From positions 28,210,001 through 28,274,000 of the forward strand of contig NC_059432.1 of NCBI RefSeq assembly GCF_021028975.2: a stretch of 64,000 nucleotides of DNA, given 5' to 3'. A program made the position numbers and the translations under genes. The notes under the pieces are model-generated. The model was not told where the DNA came from. It saw only the letters and a list, made by a program, of their open reading frames with translations, and made no database searches. Below are positions 26,401-37,200 of this stretch, piece by piece. Numbering within the stretch: position 1 is the first letter of the stretch; each line of letters begins with the position of its first letter. Source of the DNA: Sphaerodactylus townsendi. Taxonomy: Eukaryota.

Positions 26401-29210
26401 ATCTGGGTCACGTACCCTCCAGTCTACAGTGACTGATACTGTTAGTGAGATGCTTAATGCCACCTGTTGGACTGGATTCTCAATACGTGCTTCTCTCCCC
26501 TTTCCGGTCAGCTATCAATGACGTCAGGAGGCTTAAACCTGGGTACTTGGAAGCTACAGTGGATTGGTTTAGAAGATATAAGGTGCCTGATGGGAAGCCA
26601 GAAAACAAGTTTGCATTCAACGGAGAATTTAAAGACAAGGTACGTGTTTGTGTATGCTGCCAAAAGCCTGTCAAAGCTTGACAGCTTAAGCCTGTTGCTG
26701 TTCTGCATTGATAAAAATTACAAGGAATCAAAGCATATGTTTGTACTCAGAATACCTGAAATAGCGTGTGTCTCTGTTTTGGTGGGGAAGGGGCCCTTTC
26801 TATACAAGCTCAGAATCCAAAAGGATGAAGCAGACATGTACAGAAAACAAATATGAAGGCTGGAAAAGTTGGGGAAAAACTGGAATGGGACAGTGCAGAA
26901 TTCTGTGTTTACAAAAATGTATCTGAAAGTTTTCTTATGTCAGAAGATATTCTTAACAGTGCACGTGATGCACTGTTGCAGGAGGCACTGAACTTTATTT
27001 TCTTTTTTAAAAAATCTTAGGATTTTGCGATAGACATCATCAAAGGCACTCATGAATGCTGGAAAGCTCTAATATATAAAAAGAAAGATGGGGGAGAAAT
27101 GAACTGGTAAGTTACTGTTCTGCTGAAGCTGTGTGCACATTACGAAGCAGTTGCCATAGATCCATGCATTTTTCAGTACAAATATCTGATTGTGTCTTGC
27201 TAAATGTTTCAGGCATTTTTTCAAGATCCCCATGTGGAGAGATGTACTCTTGAGAAAAGTCGCTTATCTTTACAATTGTGTTTCTCTTCTAGCACAAATG
27301 CAACTTTATCAGACAGTCCTTTCCACTGCAATCAAGCAACTGCTAAGGCTGTTGTGGAAGCGGTAAGCAATTCTGGTTAACTCTGATACCCCTGATGTGC
27401 TGGGGTACCATTCTAATTGGCAGGGGCAGTATCTATTCTATGATTCCACACTAGTACTGATAAGCTCCTGACTCTGGTATTGCTACAGAATACAGCATCC
27501 TCAGAGGCTTAGCTGTGATTTTTTTAAAAAGTGAAACCCAAGCTTAATCTTGAGCAGTGGTTCTCAACCTTCCTAATGCCGTGACCCTTTAATACAGTTC
27601 CTCATGTTGTGGTGACCCCCAACCCTAACATTTATCCATTTTGCAGATGGAGAACACTGATGCTGAGAGTCTTAGGCGACCCCTGTGAAAGGGTTGTTCG
27701 ACCCCCAAAGGGGTCCCGACCCCCAGGTTGAGAACCACTGATCTTGAGGATGCTCTGCAGAATTTGGGTGATTTAACAAGTAGGCCTACCTATGCCCTGG
27801 GGCAATTAAAGCAAGACTCCCTTTCTGTCACAGGGGCACACATTAAGGCGGTGGCTGAAAACATATTAAGAATTTGGTAATCACAGGGGACAAATTACAA
27901 TTCTGTTGCCTTTAGTTTATCCTAGAACATTTTTTTTCTCACTGGCACTTGAAATGCAGTGTTTTTTAAATCCCAGGAATTCATTTTGTTATAAGATTCC
28001 ATCAGATGTTCTTTTCGATACACTCTTCAAACGTGCAGTTATACAGCGAATATACAGCAAATATTGAAGCAGTTGTTGGCTGTTTTCCAGTTAGCACTAG
28101 TATGGGGAGCTGACTGCTGGGCAAACAGTTTAATTCTGCAGTAAAACCTACATATTGTTAATGATGGGTGGTTATATATGACCTATTTATTTTTTTCTGT
28201 AAGACACTACCACGGTTACCCTTTTAGAACAATAATTCTGTACTCAATGTGGTCTCCATTTCAGGTACCACTTTGTGGATCTGCCAATCCAATACCAGCT
28301 GATGGTAAGCTTCCTGAACTTAGACAGTCTGAGAATGGTGTGGGATGTTGTCTCTTAGAAATCCAGGAATTAATTATAACTTGTAAGATCTCCATCTTTG
28401 TTTGCAGGAGTGCTTAAAACTAGGAATTGACAATCATTCAATATTTACCTTTTCATAAACTAAGACACAGGGTGTCAATATTAAAATACTTTGAACATCC
28501 TTGGTCTAGGACCCAGTTTCTCCAGCCTGCTTTTATTACTTATTCCCTGTTCATCTTCTTAAAAAAAAAAAAAAACAGTTGCCCATAAGTGTTAAGCCAC
28601 GTCTGCCTTCCGTAACGTCAGATACAAATGTGTTTTGTACCAAGCAAAGCTTCCCTCCATGGGTTCCAAGTTTCTGATTTGCTGCTTTTACAAGTAACGG
28701 TAGTCCCCTGTGCAAGCACCAGGTCATTATTGCTTTATGGAGTGATGTCACACCTTGGCATTTACCAGGCAGACTGTTACACGTGGTTTGCCATTGCCTC
28801 CCCCAGTCATCTTCGCTTTACTCCCAGCAAGCTGGGTACTCAGTCTACCAACTTCAGAAGAATGGAATGCTGAGTCTACTTTGAGCCAGCTACCTGAAAA
28901 CTGACTTCTGTCAGGATCAAACTTAGCTCGTCAGCAGAGTTTTTGACTGCAATGCTACAAGTTGACCACTTTGCTCCACCAGGCTCAGTACTGCTGCTTC
29001 TACTTTCTCCTTTTATAAACTTATGGGCAGCAGATTAAAAGGAAATTGGACCTTGTGTAACTGGCTTCTTTGATGTCATTCCAGATTGTCATGGTGGGTT
29101 GTGATACCTTATATATGTTTTAGATCTGTAATGATAGTAAAGGTGTATTTCTTCTTCATCCTTTTCTGCCAACTCCAGTGGACAAGTGGTTTTACTACGA
29201 GAAAAAGTGA
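5208..29210 (+). CDS. PPA1: Inorganic pyrophosphatase 1 (family I soluble PPase), 11 coding exons, 290 aa
   Basis: join(5208..5271,10181..10245,19160..19213,20629..20748,23219..23305,25341..25467,26512..26639,27021..27106,27293..27362,28265..28304,29179..29210) = 873 nt, all GT-AG and in frame. Motifs [55 protein letters not shown]. No mitochondrial presequence, so PPA1 rather than PPA2; adjacent to SAR1A. Confidence 0.97.
8037..8310 (+). mobile_element. 5S rRNA-derived SINE with a half palindromic hAT MITE (about 8192-8261) nested inside
   Basis: GCCCAATCTTGTCAGATCTTGGAAGCTAAGCATGGTCAGCCCTGG resembles the 5S rRNA internal region, then continues into a non-5S body; related copies near 38045, 45760-45900 (-) and 55830-55960 (-). 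Confidence 0.65.
9377..9556. mobile_element. Tc1/mariner-pogo type MITE
   Basis: TIRs CCGTATATACCGGCGTATAAGAC and GTCTTAAACGCCAGTATATACAG, TA flanks, internal GTATAAGACGAC repeats. Confidence 0.8.
10181..10245 (+). CDS. PPA1: PPA1 coding exon 2
   Basis: TTTTCCAG acceptor; (K)[21 protein letters not shown]; GTAAT donor. Confidence 0.93.
10919..11651 (+). mobile_element. Candidate solo LTR
   Basis: TGTAG...CTACA termini, about 730 bp, AATAAA at 11561-11566 near the 3' end; no clean TSD. Confidence 0.4.
11856..12403. mobile_element. Candidate PIF/Harbinger-like MITE
   Basis: Imperfect terminal inverted repeats GGTCCTTTCCACAC and GTGTGGAGAGGCC, flanked by CTCA and TGAG. Confidence 0.35.
14985..15330 (-). 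mobile_element. hAT-like non-autonomous element (inverted relative of 21282-21590 and about 24870-24965)
   Basis: Shared CAGCCATTTTGTGGCTG repeats and a CAGAATTCCAAAGGT...GCTCAA.AA.GTTGGGGA terminal block. Confidence 0.55.
15610..15992. mobile_element. Non-autonomous hAT-like element, same family as 4473-4600
   Basis: Ends GAATCCCACCACCACGGGAACCTGCTACTAAAATTTTTGGATCCCACCACTG; GC-rich core. Confidence 0.55.
16477..16700. mobile_element. Sauria-type SINE
   Basis: AAGGTAAAGGTAG end, GGGGTGACGTCACATC and CCCAGCAAGCTGGG.ACTC..TTTAC blocks shared with 28695-28985 and 57165-57400. Confidence 0.65.
17980..18170 (+). mobile_element. tRNA-derived SINE (old copy)
   Basis: GGTTAGAGCATTGGACTAGGATCTGGGAGA..GATTCGAATTCC A/B-box-like head, A-rich tail. 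Confidence 0.55.
19160..19213 (+). CDS. PPA1: PPA1 coding exon 3
   Basis: [18 protein letters not shown], flanked by AG and GT. Confidence 0.95.
20629..20748 (+). CDS. PPA1: PPA1 coding exon 4
   Basis: [40 protein letters not shown]. Confidence 0.95.
21107..21237. mobile_element. Palindromic hAT MITE
   Basis: CAGGTGTCAAACTCGC...GCGAGTTTGACACCTG; near-perfect palindrome. Confidence 0.85.
21282..21590 (+). mobile_element. hAT-like non-autonomous element
   Basis: CAGGGTCCCCAAC start; inverted homology to 14985-15330. Confidence 0.55.
22672..23052 (-). mobile_element. CR1 LINE 3' fragment
   Basis: ACATAAGAAC tail and GCTGGATCAGACCA..GTCCATCTAGTCCAGC, then GTGAAGAAGTGTTTCCTTTT, as typical of antisense sauropsid CR1 3' ends. 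Confidence 0.75.
23219..23305 (+). CDS. PPA1: PPA1 coding exon 5
   Basis: [29 protein letters not shown] (catalytic DxDPxD). Confidence 0.95.
25114..25336 (-). mobile_element. tRNA-derived SINE, antisense, abutting the PPA1 exon 6 acceptor
   Basis: Reverse complement begins AGCCAGAATGGTGTAGTGGTTAAGAGTG (A box); body shared with 30901-31193 and 63410-63671. Confidence 0.85.
25341..25467 (+). CDS. PPA1: PPA1 coding exon 6
   Basis: [42 protein letters not shown]; donor GTGAGT. Confidence 0.95.
26512..26639 (+). CDS. PPA1: PPA1 coding exon 7
   Basis: [42 protein letters not shown]. Confidence 0.95.
27021..27106 (+). CDS. PPA1: PPA1 coding exon 8
   Basis: [28 protein letters not shown]; donor GTAAGT. 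Confidence 0.93.
27293..27362 (+). CDS. PPA1: PPA1 coding exon 9
   Basis: (C)[23 protein letters not shown]; flanked by AG and GTAAG. Confidence 0.9.
27555..27740. mobile_element. SPIN/URR1-family hAT non-autonomous transposon
   Basis: TIR CAGTGGTTCTCAACCT..AGGTTGAGAACCACTG, perfect 8-bp TSD ATCTTGAG (27547-27554 and 27741-27748); subterminal CCTAATGCCGTGACCCTTTAATACAGTTCCTCATGTTGTGGTGACCCCCAACC recognised as URR1/SPIN. Confidence 0.9.
28265..28304 (+). CDS. PPA1: PPA1 coding exon 10
   Basis: [13 protein letters not shown]; donor GTAAGC; phase fits the neighbouring exons. Confidence 0.88.
28695..28985. mobile_element. Sauria-type SINE
   Basis: GGTAGTCCCCTGTGCAAGCACCAG...CCCAGCAAGCTGGGTACTCA...GAGCCAGCTACCTG. 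Confidence 0.7.
29179..29210 (+). CDS. PPA1: PPA1 last coding exon
   Basis: (V)[12 protein letters not shown]. Confidence 0.92.
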
Positions 29211-30900
29211 TGTGAAGCCAGACGTTGCAGTAGCCGCTGTGTCCTATTACCAGGAAGCCATGTGCAGACCTAGACGAAGATGGATAGTGTTGTTAAAACT
29301 GAAGTTCTAAATATGCACAGGTGCACATGTTGTATACGTAACCAAATAATGTGTGCTCAAAACGTATCTAGGCCCTACAGAATCTGAGCAGTAATTTTGT
29401 AAACTCTCTTGTAAACTATGACAGTCTTTTCCTTAAGTATCATGGCAAACGCACCCATACTTGTTGCTTATTGGACATGAGTAAAAAAAACCTGTTTCAA
29501 CTCATTCAGGGTTTTCTGTCTTCATTATGATAGATCTGCAAATCTAAACATGGATAGTTAGGAAAATGAATCTGATACCCTCTCCTTCCCCTGAATTAAG
29601 GTATTTGTGAAACCGGGATAGGTCAGCATGCCTGAAGAAAGAACTGTATGAAATCTGAGATGGCTGCCTGATTCCCCCCACCCCACCTATACACACACAC
29701 ACATTCACTGTACAGATTTTAACTGTAATAATACCTCTAACATCTGCTTGATCACCACAGTTCTTGTGTGGAATTGCCCTGCCTGTTAGAGGCCTTTGCA
29801 TGCCAATCAATTGTGAAGGGAAGAAACAGACTGAAGTTATGGTCCTCTCCAGATTTACACTAACAAATTGCAGTTGAGTGGCAGGATCATAACAAACGGT
29901 TGTTCTATTCTCTAAAGCTGCATAGTAAAAGTCTTAGATGCCCAACAATGGTTGCTTAAGTGGCAACTGTGCCAGTTGAACACCTGAATCTCCAATTTCA
30001 TGGAAACTGCGCAAAAAGTGGCCGTCTACTTTCTGCCTAGAATTACCTTCAAGGAACATAATTATACCTGCGCCAGCATCCACCATCAATACCATCCTTA
30101 ATTTTCAGGTACGGTTAAAGACATAAGATTCTCAGACACCTTCATCTGGCATTTTAAAAAAGATACAGACCTAACTATACAGTTCACTAACTTGACAGAT
30201 AATATTCCACATTAAAAACACTTTAAAGAGAAGAATAGAATGAAATATTTTCACACAACAGCACAGTGATGCATTCTCACTATCTACATAACATGCAGAC
30301 TCAAGAGGCTTCCTTTAGAGGATGTATTCATGGGATGCCCTGGTGTCCCCAACTGCATAGAAGGATGGAAAATAAATTAGAGTGTCCCTATTACAAAATC
30401 ATTTAGGTAAACCTTGTGCTTTTAGATTCTCATTACCTCTTGAGACCCTTGATTTTCATCAACTGGTCTGCTTGAAACTACAGGAGCTATTCAGGATAAT
30501 TTTGGAATATGACCCAACATATAATTCAGCCCAATATGGGTGCTGGGCAATGTATCTTATTGCAAAACACCGTTTCATGCCCTAGATACAAAGTTCTATA
30601 AGGGCACGGATCACAGAAGACTCAGTCGTTCTATATTGGTACCTGAATAATCATTCTGTTACCTAAAGGTGTTTGTCCATGGTATTGTGGCTAGAATACT
30701 GGGGTTAGGATGATCCAGATTAAAATAATCCCCACTGTGCCATCAGTGGGTGACTCTGGAGTCAGGTACTTTCTCACTTCATCTACCTCACAGTGTTGTG
30801 GGGATAAAATAAAGGGAATAGTGTTGTGTCATCCAGAGTTCCTTGGACAGGGCAAATAAAAACAGTGCTGCCTCTTTTAAATAAATGTATCGTTGTACAT

Positions 30901-31193
30901 AAGAAGAGGAGTTTGAATTTATACCTTTCTCTCCTGTAAGGAGACCCAAGGTGGCTTACAAACTCCTTTCCCTTCCTCTTCCGACAACAGACATCTTCTG
31001 AGGTAGGTGGGGCTGAGAGAGTTCTGAAGAGCTGTGACTAGCCAGCCCAAAGTCACCCAGCAGGAACGTAGGAGTGGGGAAACAAATTCAGTTCACCAGA
31101 GAAGAGTCTGCTGCTCATGTGGAAGAGTGGGAAATCAAACCCAGCTGTCCAAATTAGAGTCCACTGCTTTTAACTTCTACACCACACTGGCTC
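30901..31193 (-). mobile_element. tRNA-derived SINE
   Basis: Same family as 25114-25336; minus-strand head GAGCCAGTGTGGTGTAG. Confidence 0.8.
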
Positions 31194-31603
31194 AGCACTT
31201 ACATCAGAGTAAGTGGTCAATAGTGTTCTTAGAAAAAAAAAACAATAAAATGCCCAGCAAGCTCCTGGCTCAGTTTAGTCAGAAATGTTACTGATTTCTC
31301 CCCAGCATGTGTCCAGAGTCGCCATCAACTATCTCTGGCAGGTGGTTTTAGCAGTTTATGGTAAAATAAAATCACGTTAGGCTTTCAGAAGCCATAAAAT
31401 ATTACAATTTACAGACAACAGCAAATCACATCCAAATCATTTTCTTTCTTTCAGCCAATTGGGGACTGAGTTCTGAAATTCCTCGTAGACTTTTTCTCTT
31501 CGAAACTCATTAAAAAATCACAAATAGTTATCTTGTGGTGTTTTTAAGACAAATTAAATGCTGAGTGTGGTGCAGGAAGGTTTACCTGGGTGAACATATG
31601 GTC

Positions 31604-31722
31604 CAGGGGTGTCCAACTCTGGCCCTCCAGATGTTCATGGACTTCGATTCCCATCAGCCCCTGCCAGTACATGCAGGGATTGATGGGAATCGTAGTCCAT
31701 GAACCAGAGTTGGACAACCCTG
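31604..31722. mobile_element. Palindromic hAT MITE upstream of the SAR1A promoter
   Basis: CAGGGGTGTCCAACTCTGG...CCAGAGTTGGACAACCCTG. Confidence 0.8.
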
Positions 31723-31879
31723 ATTCAAGCCCTTTCTTCACTTCTGCTAGTAAGCCTGCAGGGTGACCCGTAAATAAGACTAACCTACCTCACAGGTTCG
31801 TTGTGAAGATAAAACGGAAGAGGAGGGAGAGCCACGTATGCTGTCCGAAAAGTTTGGAAAAAGAGCCAGATAAAAAGGA

Positions 31880-32950
31880 GGATCTGCGTGCGCCTCTCCC
31901 TCCACACCACCTCTCCCCCAAACCACCTGAAACGTCCGCGGGGCGGAGTTTGTGACGTCACCCTCGGCGGCAGTCACCATAGCGCCTCTCGGACACGTCG
32001 CGGCTTCACCTCCTCCTGCTGATCTCCCACTGGAGACGCCCGGTGGGCGGGGTTTGTGACGTCACCGCCGTTGTCATCACAGCGTCTACAGGACACGTCG
32101 CGGCTTCTCCTTCTCCTCCCCCTGACCTCCCACCGGAAGTAGAGGCGGGAGGATGCTACGTAGTTCCTGCGTGTCGCTGGCGGCTGAGGAGTGAGGGCGG
32201 CGAGGGATACGGGGGGAACCGAGCGAGAGGGAGGCAGCCGTTGGGTCGTGTGCGGTGCTGGGGAAGGTGAGGGCGAGCACCGTGTGGCCGTGAGGAGGTT
32301 GAAGGGAGGGCGGCGATGATTGGCTGGGTCTGAGCCGGAGGGAGGGGGAAGAGCGAGTGACACGCAGGCGGGGTGGGGGCAGGGAGGGAAGGCGGGGGAC
32401 ACTGCTACTTCCGGGGGGCGCCGCTACTTCCGCTTTCGTCCCGGGCGGGGGTCCCTCCGTCCCCCTGAGCCCTTTCGGGAGTGAAGGCCCTACGGTGCCG
32501 GGCGACGGCGTGGGAGTGCTGGCGGGCCCTGCTTCTTTCCCCGAGCCTCCGTCTCCCCGGTTAGCGTGGACGTGTTTTCTCTCCCTCCTTTCTCCCTCCG
32601 AGAGGTCTCTCGACCGTGACCACGCGACGTGGCGTTTGGGCAAAAGCCTTTTCCCTCCGCCTTGCGCCTGCGCCCCCCCCCCCATCCGCAATCAAGGCCA
32701 GCCCTGCCTGTCTTTGTGAGGCAGAGGCCAGCAGTCGGGGGCCCCCAACAGACTCCGGGGTCCAGTCATCCCCCCCGTATCCCTGCCTCGAGATGAGTCC
32801 CGTCGGGGGAGACTGTGGTTGTGATCAGCCATCCTCGCGAGCCGTCTTCCTGGGCAACGACTGGCCGTCGAGGGTTGTGAATAGGAATGCGAAGGGGTCC
32901 TCCCCACGCGGGACTATATGCTTTCTGGACGCAAAGTTTTCGTCGTTATT
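31880..32950 (+). promoter_or_regulatory. SAR1A: SAR1A CpG-island promoter and non-coding exon 1 (probable donor AAG|GTGAGG after 32266)
   Basis: CpG-rich; CRE TGACGTCA at 31953-31960 and 32057-32064, GC boxes, ETS CCGGAAGT at 32133-32140. Confidence 0.8.
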
Positions 32951-34179
32951 ACTCTAGGACTTTCACATCCGTGCTTGTAGGGATCTGGGGAAACTTTTAC
33001 GATTACAGTGATAGGGGATGCTTATGCTTTTGAGAGGCTGTGAGTCATGAGAAGCGTGGGCAGGGAGAAAAGGCAGCGACTACGACCTTTGTGTTTAGAT
33101 CCAGGCAGTAAGTAGGAGAAAAGAGCTTGTTTTTAAGTGTGAGCCTCAAGGAAAGAAAATGTGCATCTGCTTCTTGTGGGTGTGTTATGAAATGTTCATA
33201 AAGATCACTTTTAAAACAGAGTTTGTGTTTGAAATTTAAGCCTGTGTGGAGCTGTCAAGAACAGTGGTTCCCAGCCTGGGGGACTCATTCCCCTAGGGGC
33301 GAGTGCCAAAACCCCATAATGGATTTACTAATATGGGGGTACAGTTTTAGGGAAATGGATTACCAATGGTCTAGAAGATATTACTGTCCAGATTCCTTTT
33401 AAATGAAAGCAGTTTTTGTTTTGGGGTGGTGGTGGTTCTTTGATTAAATTGTCTGTCCCTGTTTGGTCCATTAAATAGTGTTGAAGGAGGACTGTTGTCT
33501 GGCATCTAGTCAGCATATTCAGTTCTGTCTTAGATAAAAAAAGTTGGTGGGTGTGTTTGTTAAAAGAGGGAAATCCATGCCTGAATTAACAAGTATGTGG
33601 GGTAGATGGAAGAAGCTGTGAGCTCTTACAGATGTTTGATTTCTGCCTGCTAAAGCATTGCAATGTTTTTAGGGTTTTGGTTCTGTTAACCGAAGTAGCG
33701 GTTGTTATTTATTCTTTCTTGCCCTTTAATATTTCTATGTGTATGGTTATAATCAGAGTGGCTTCTGTAACTTGCATATTTAAGTACTCTGTTCTATAGA
33801 GTAGTGACAATTAGGAGCAGTCTCATATCTTTTTTTTTCTTGGAACAGAACTTTGCTTTTACATACGAGGTTATTTTAACCTGCTGTACATGTAAATTAC
33901 ACTAGTACAGAGAATCAAGCAAACATAGAGTCTAGTGTGTAAGCTGTTGATAGGTTATAGCTTTTTCAGCCTTTTTGAGAAATGTGTTGATTTGTTCCTG
34001 CTTTCTTTAAACGTGTGAAGGAACTGCTGTTCAACTTTTCTCCTATTGGTAATTGGATGTCAGGCTTTAATTGACAGTGTTTAAGTTTGTAAGTAAGTGT
34101 GATAGATGAAATGTTCTGGTTTGCAGCCAAGGCTCTCAATCAAATATGATTTCCCCCCTTTAGGCAGTTGATTTCCACA

Positions 34180-34237
34180 ATGTCGTTCATATTTGAATGG
34201 ATCTACAATGGCTTCAGCAGCGTACTGCAGTTTCTAG
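34180..34237 (+). CDS. SAR1A: SAR1A coding exon 1
   Basis: [19 protein letters not shown](G); amphipathic N-terminal helix. Confidence 0.95.
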
Positions 34238-37200
34238 GTAAGGCTTCAGGTGTTTGCCTGTGAACAGGTCCTGAGCTTAGCATTGACATTAAGATATTAC
34301 GTGTCTCTCTAATAAGGGCACATCTATCCTGGTGGATTTTATATAGTCTGTTACTAATGGTTATGAGGAATGGAGCATGAAATCTGTCACTAATTCCTCC
34401 ACTCCTTTTCATTTTTCATCTTATTAGAGATAATGATCTTGCAGCACTGTTCTGTCCTTCCCCTTATTATCACTTGCATGTATTGTTTTTTACCCACACA
34501 CCTCTTCTGTCTTGGACACTATGCTAACTTTAATTTTTATACATGCGTGTGCCGACAAGTCCAAGCTGACATGGCAACCCCACCGGTTTTTCATGGCAAG
34601 AGATATTCAGAGGTGGTTTGCCATTGCCTGCCTTTCTGTGGGCTTAGAGAATTCTGAGAGAACTGTGAATGGTCCAAGGTCACCCACCAGAATTCATATG
34701 GAGGGGTGGGGAATTGAACCTTGCTCTCCAGATTAGACTCTGCTGCTCTTAATCGCTACACTGGTCTCTTTTAATTCTTAAACCTGGCTGATTTATTAAC
34801 GTATCACAAAGGTCTCTCTTCTGTTCTTCGTGTTTGTTATCAAATAGAATACAGGTAATTGCACAACTGCTGAACCCAGAGCACACAGTCTAACTGTGGA
34901 ATTGCACACAATCTAGTACAAAAGGAAGAAAAAGGTGAATCCTAGATAAAAGAAGAATGGTAAATTGGGTATAGGATAATAAGATGTAGTGAATCCTATT
35001 CCCAGGTTGCAACAGCCCATTCTTGCTGCATAGAACGGCTTTCTTCAAGAGTAGCACTGGAGAAAAGTCTCAGAACTCATCTTAGGAAACCATTGATTAG
35101 TCTTAAGGGGTTTTTTCACTCAAAATTGACAGCTTAATGGCCAAGGATGATTAATGATGTACTGTATTGAAAATACATTTGTTATTATTGAACGGCTCTT
35201 TGAACACAAGAGCCTGCTGGATCATGCCAGTGGTCCATCTAATCTAACTGTTTCACATAGTAACCAATCAGTTACCTTAAAGAACTAAACAAACAGGGCA
35301 TAGGGGCTGAAGCCCTCTCCTGCTGCTCCCTCACAGAACTGGTAGTTAGAAGTTTGTTCCCTCTGGAAGTGGAGATGGCCATCAGTCACCATGGCTAGTA
35401 GCCGTTGATCGACCACTCCCCAAAATCCATCTAACACTATTCAGGTTTGCATCCACCACTTTCTCCCTGGGCAGTAAATTCAACAGTTCAATTACCTCCT
35501 GATAATTTGTTGCCACCCCTGTTTAACAGCTCTTGTTCAGGCCCTAAACAACCTTTTAGCTTATGCCTAATAAAGGTTATTGTATTGTATTTTTTTAGTC
35601 TTAACCTATTTCCCAACAATATCTAGTATTGTGGAAGAAGGAGAAAAAACTCCCAGTCCACTTTCTCCGCCCCATGCATAATTTTACAAACCTCTATCAC
35701 GTCACCTTCTGCTGGACTGAAAAGCTCCAGGCTTTCCTTGTAGCAAAGGTGCTGCAGTACCCTAATCCTCTTGGTTACCATCCTCTGTGCTGTCTCCAGC
35801 TCTGCAGTATTCTTTTTGAAATGTGGTGACAAAAACATACAGGATTTCAAATGTGGCTGCCCTATAAATTTAGACAAGGACATTACAATGTTACCCATCT
35901 TATTTTCATTTCTTTTCCTAATAATTCCGAACATGGAGTTTGCCTTTTTCAGTGTTTTCCACTACAACCCCAAGATCTTTCATTCTAAGTTGTTTAGACT
36001 CCCATCAGCATATATTTAAGATTGGGATTTTTGTTTGGTCGAGTGTTCATCACCTTACACTTACCCAAGTTGCACTTCATTTCCCATGTTTTTGCTGACT
36101 CGCCCAATTTAGAGCAAGCCCCCTCTTAACTCTTCTCAATCCTCCTTGGTTATTTTCACCATCCTGAGTAATTTTCTTGGTTTAGATTTTTATATACTTT
36201 CCTTTTCTCTTGCAGGATTATACAAGAAGTCTGGCAAGTTAGTCTTCTTGGGCTTAGATAATGCAGGCAAAACCACCCTTCTGCACATGCTAAAAGATGA
36301 CAGATTGGGTCAGCATGTTCCTACACTGCATCCAAGTAAGTGTTGCCTAGTTATTGTTGTTACCAGATGTAGTCCTTCTGCTTTTTTAAAGTTCCTGGTG
36401 TGGATCAATAAGGTTAATCTTAGCCTGGCATAGAGCTTTACTGAAGTTGCATAAGAGTTCTCGTTGTGGGTGAGCTCTTCAAAGGAAAGTTCAGAATCAA
36501 TCCTTATGTGTTGAAATACAAAGATTGCAGGAGACTGCATAGACAGGCATTAGTTATTGCACATGACTTTCTATATGATACTTTGAAGCCTCTCAATTCT
36601 TTGTACAACTTGGGTGCAATTATTCTTAACCCTGAACTATGTAATGTGCCTAAGGTGTTGTGGATCTCGAGGGCTTTCTCTCTTTTGGCAGCAGGCGCTT
36701 TTACACAAGTCAGTGCAGCATTACTGTTACTATCACTCATAAATCATTTTCCTTCTTTAGCTTCGGAAGAGCTGACCATTGCTGGAATGACATTCACAAC
36801 TTTTGACCTTGGTGGCCATGAGCAAGGTAAAACTAGCAAATACTGTGCTTCTGTCTGGGTGTTGATTATTCTGTCAGACTAGGTATCATTGGCTTGAAGC
36901 AGAATGAAAGTATCTTGGGTGTGTTTTTCTAAATCCTGGATTTAGTTGATTTTTAAAAGTTTCATATCAGTCAACTTTTCCATTGTAATACACACAATAC
37001 CCTGGAAGCTTCCTCCTTCCTTTTGTATTTTGGTGTTCTAGAATCTGGTTGATTTAGCGGGTTTCACTTATGGGGTTTGTGTGCGTTCTTCTTATATTAA
37101 AGAAGTAAACTTTCTTCTTGGGATATGTCCCTTTGGCTAAGATTGTTTGTAATTCAGTTACATGTTGTTTTTCTACCAGTTTAGCAGGGTATGATGAGGG

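Noticed and set aside
31974-32957. Overlapping 110-200 aa Pro/Arg/Gly-rich ORFs
   Set aside because: Expected by chance in a CpG island with few stop codons; this is the SAR1A promoter and intron 1.
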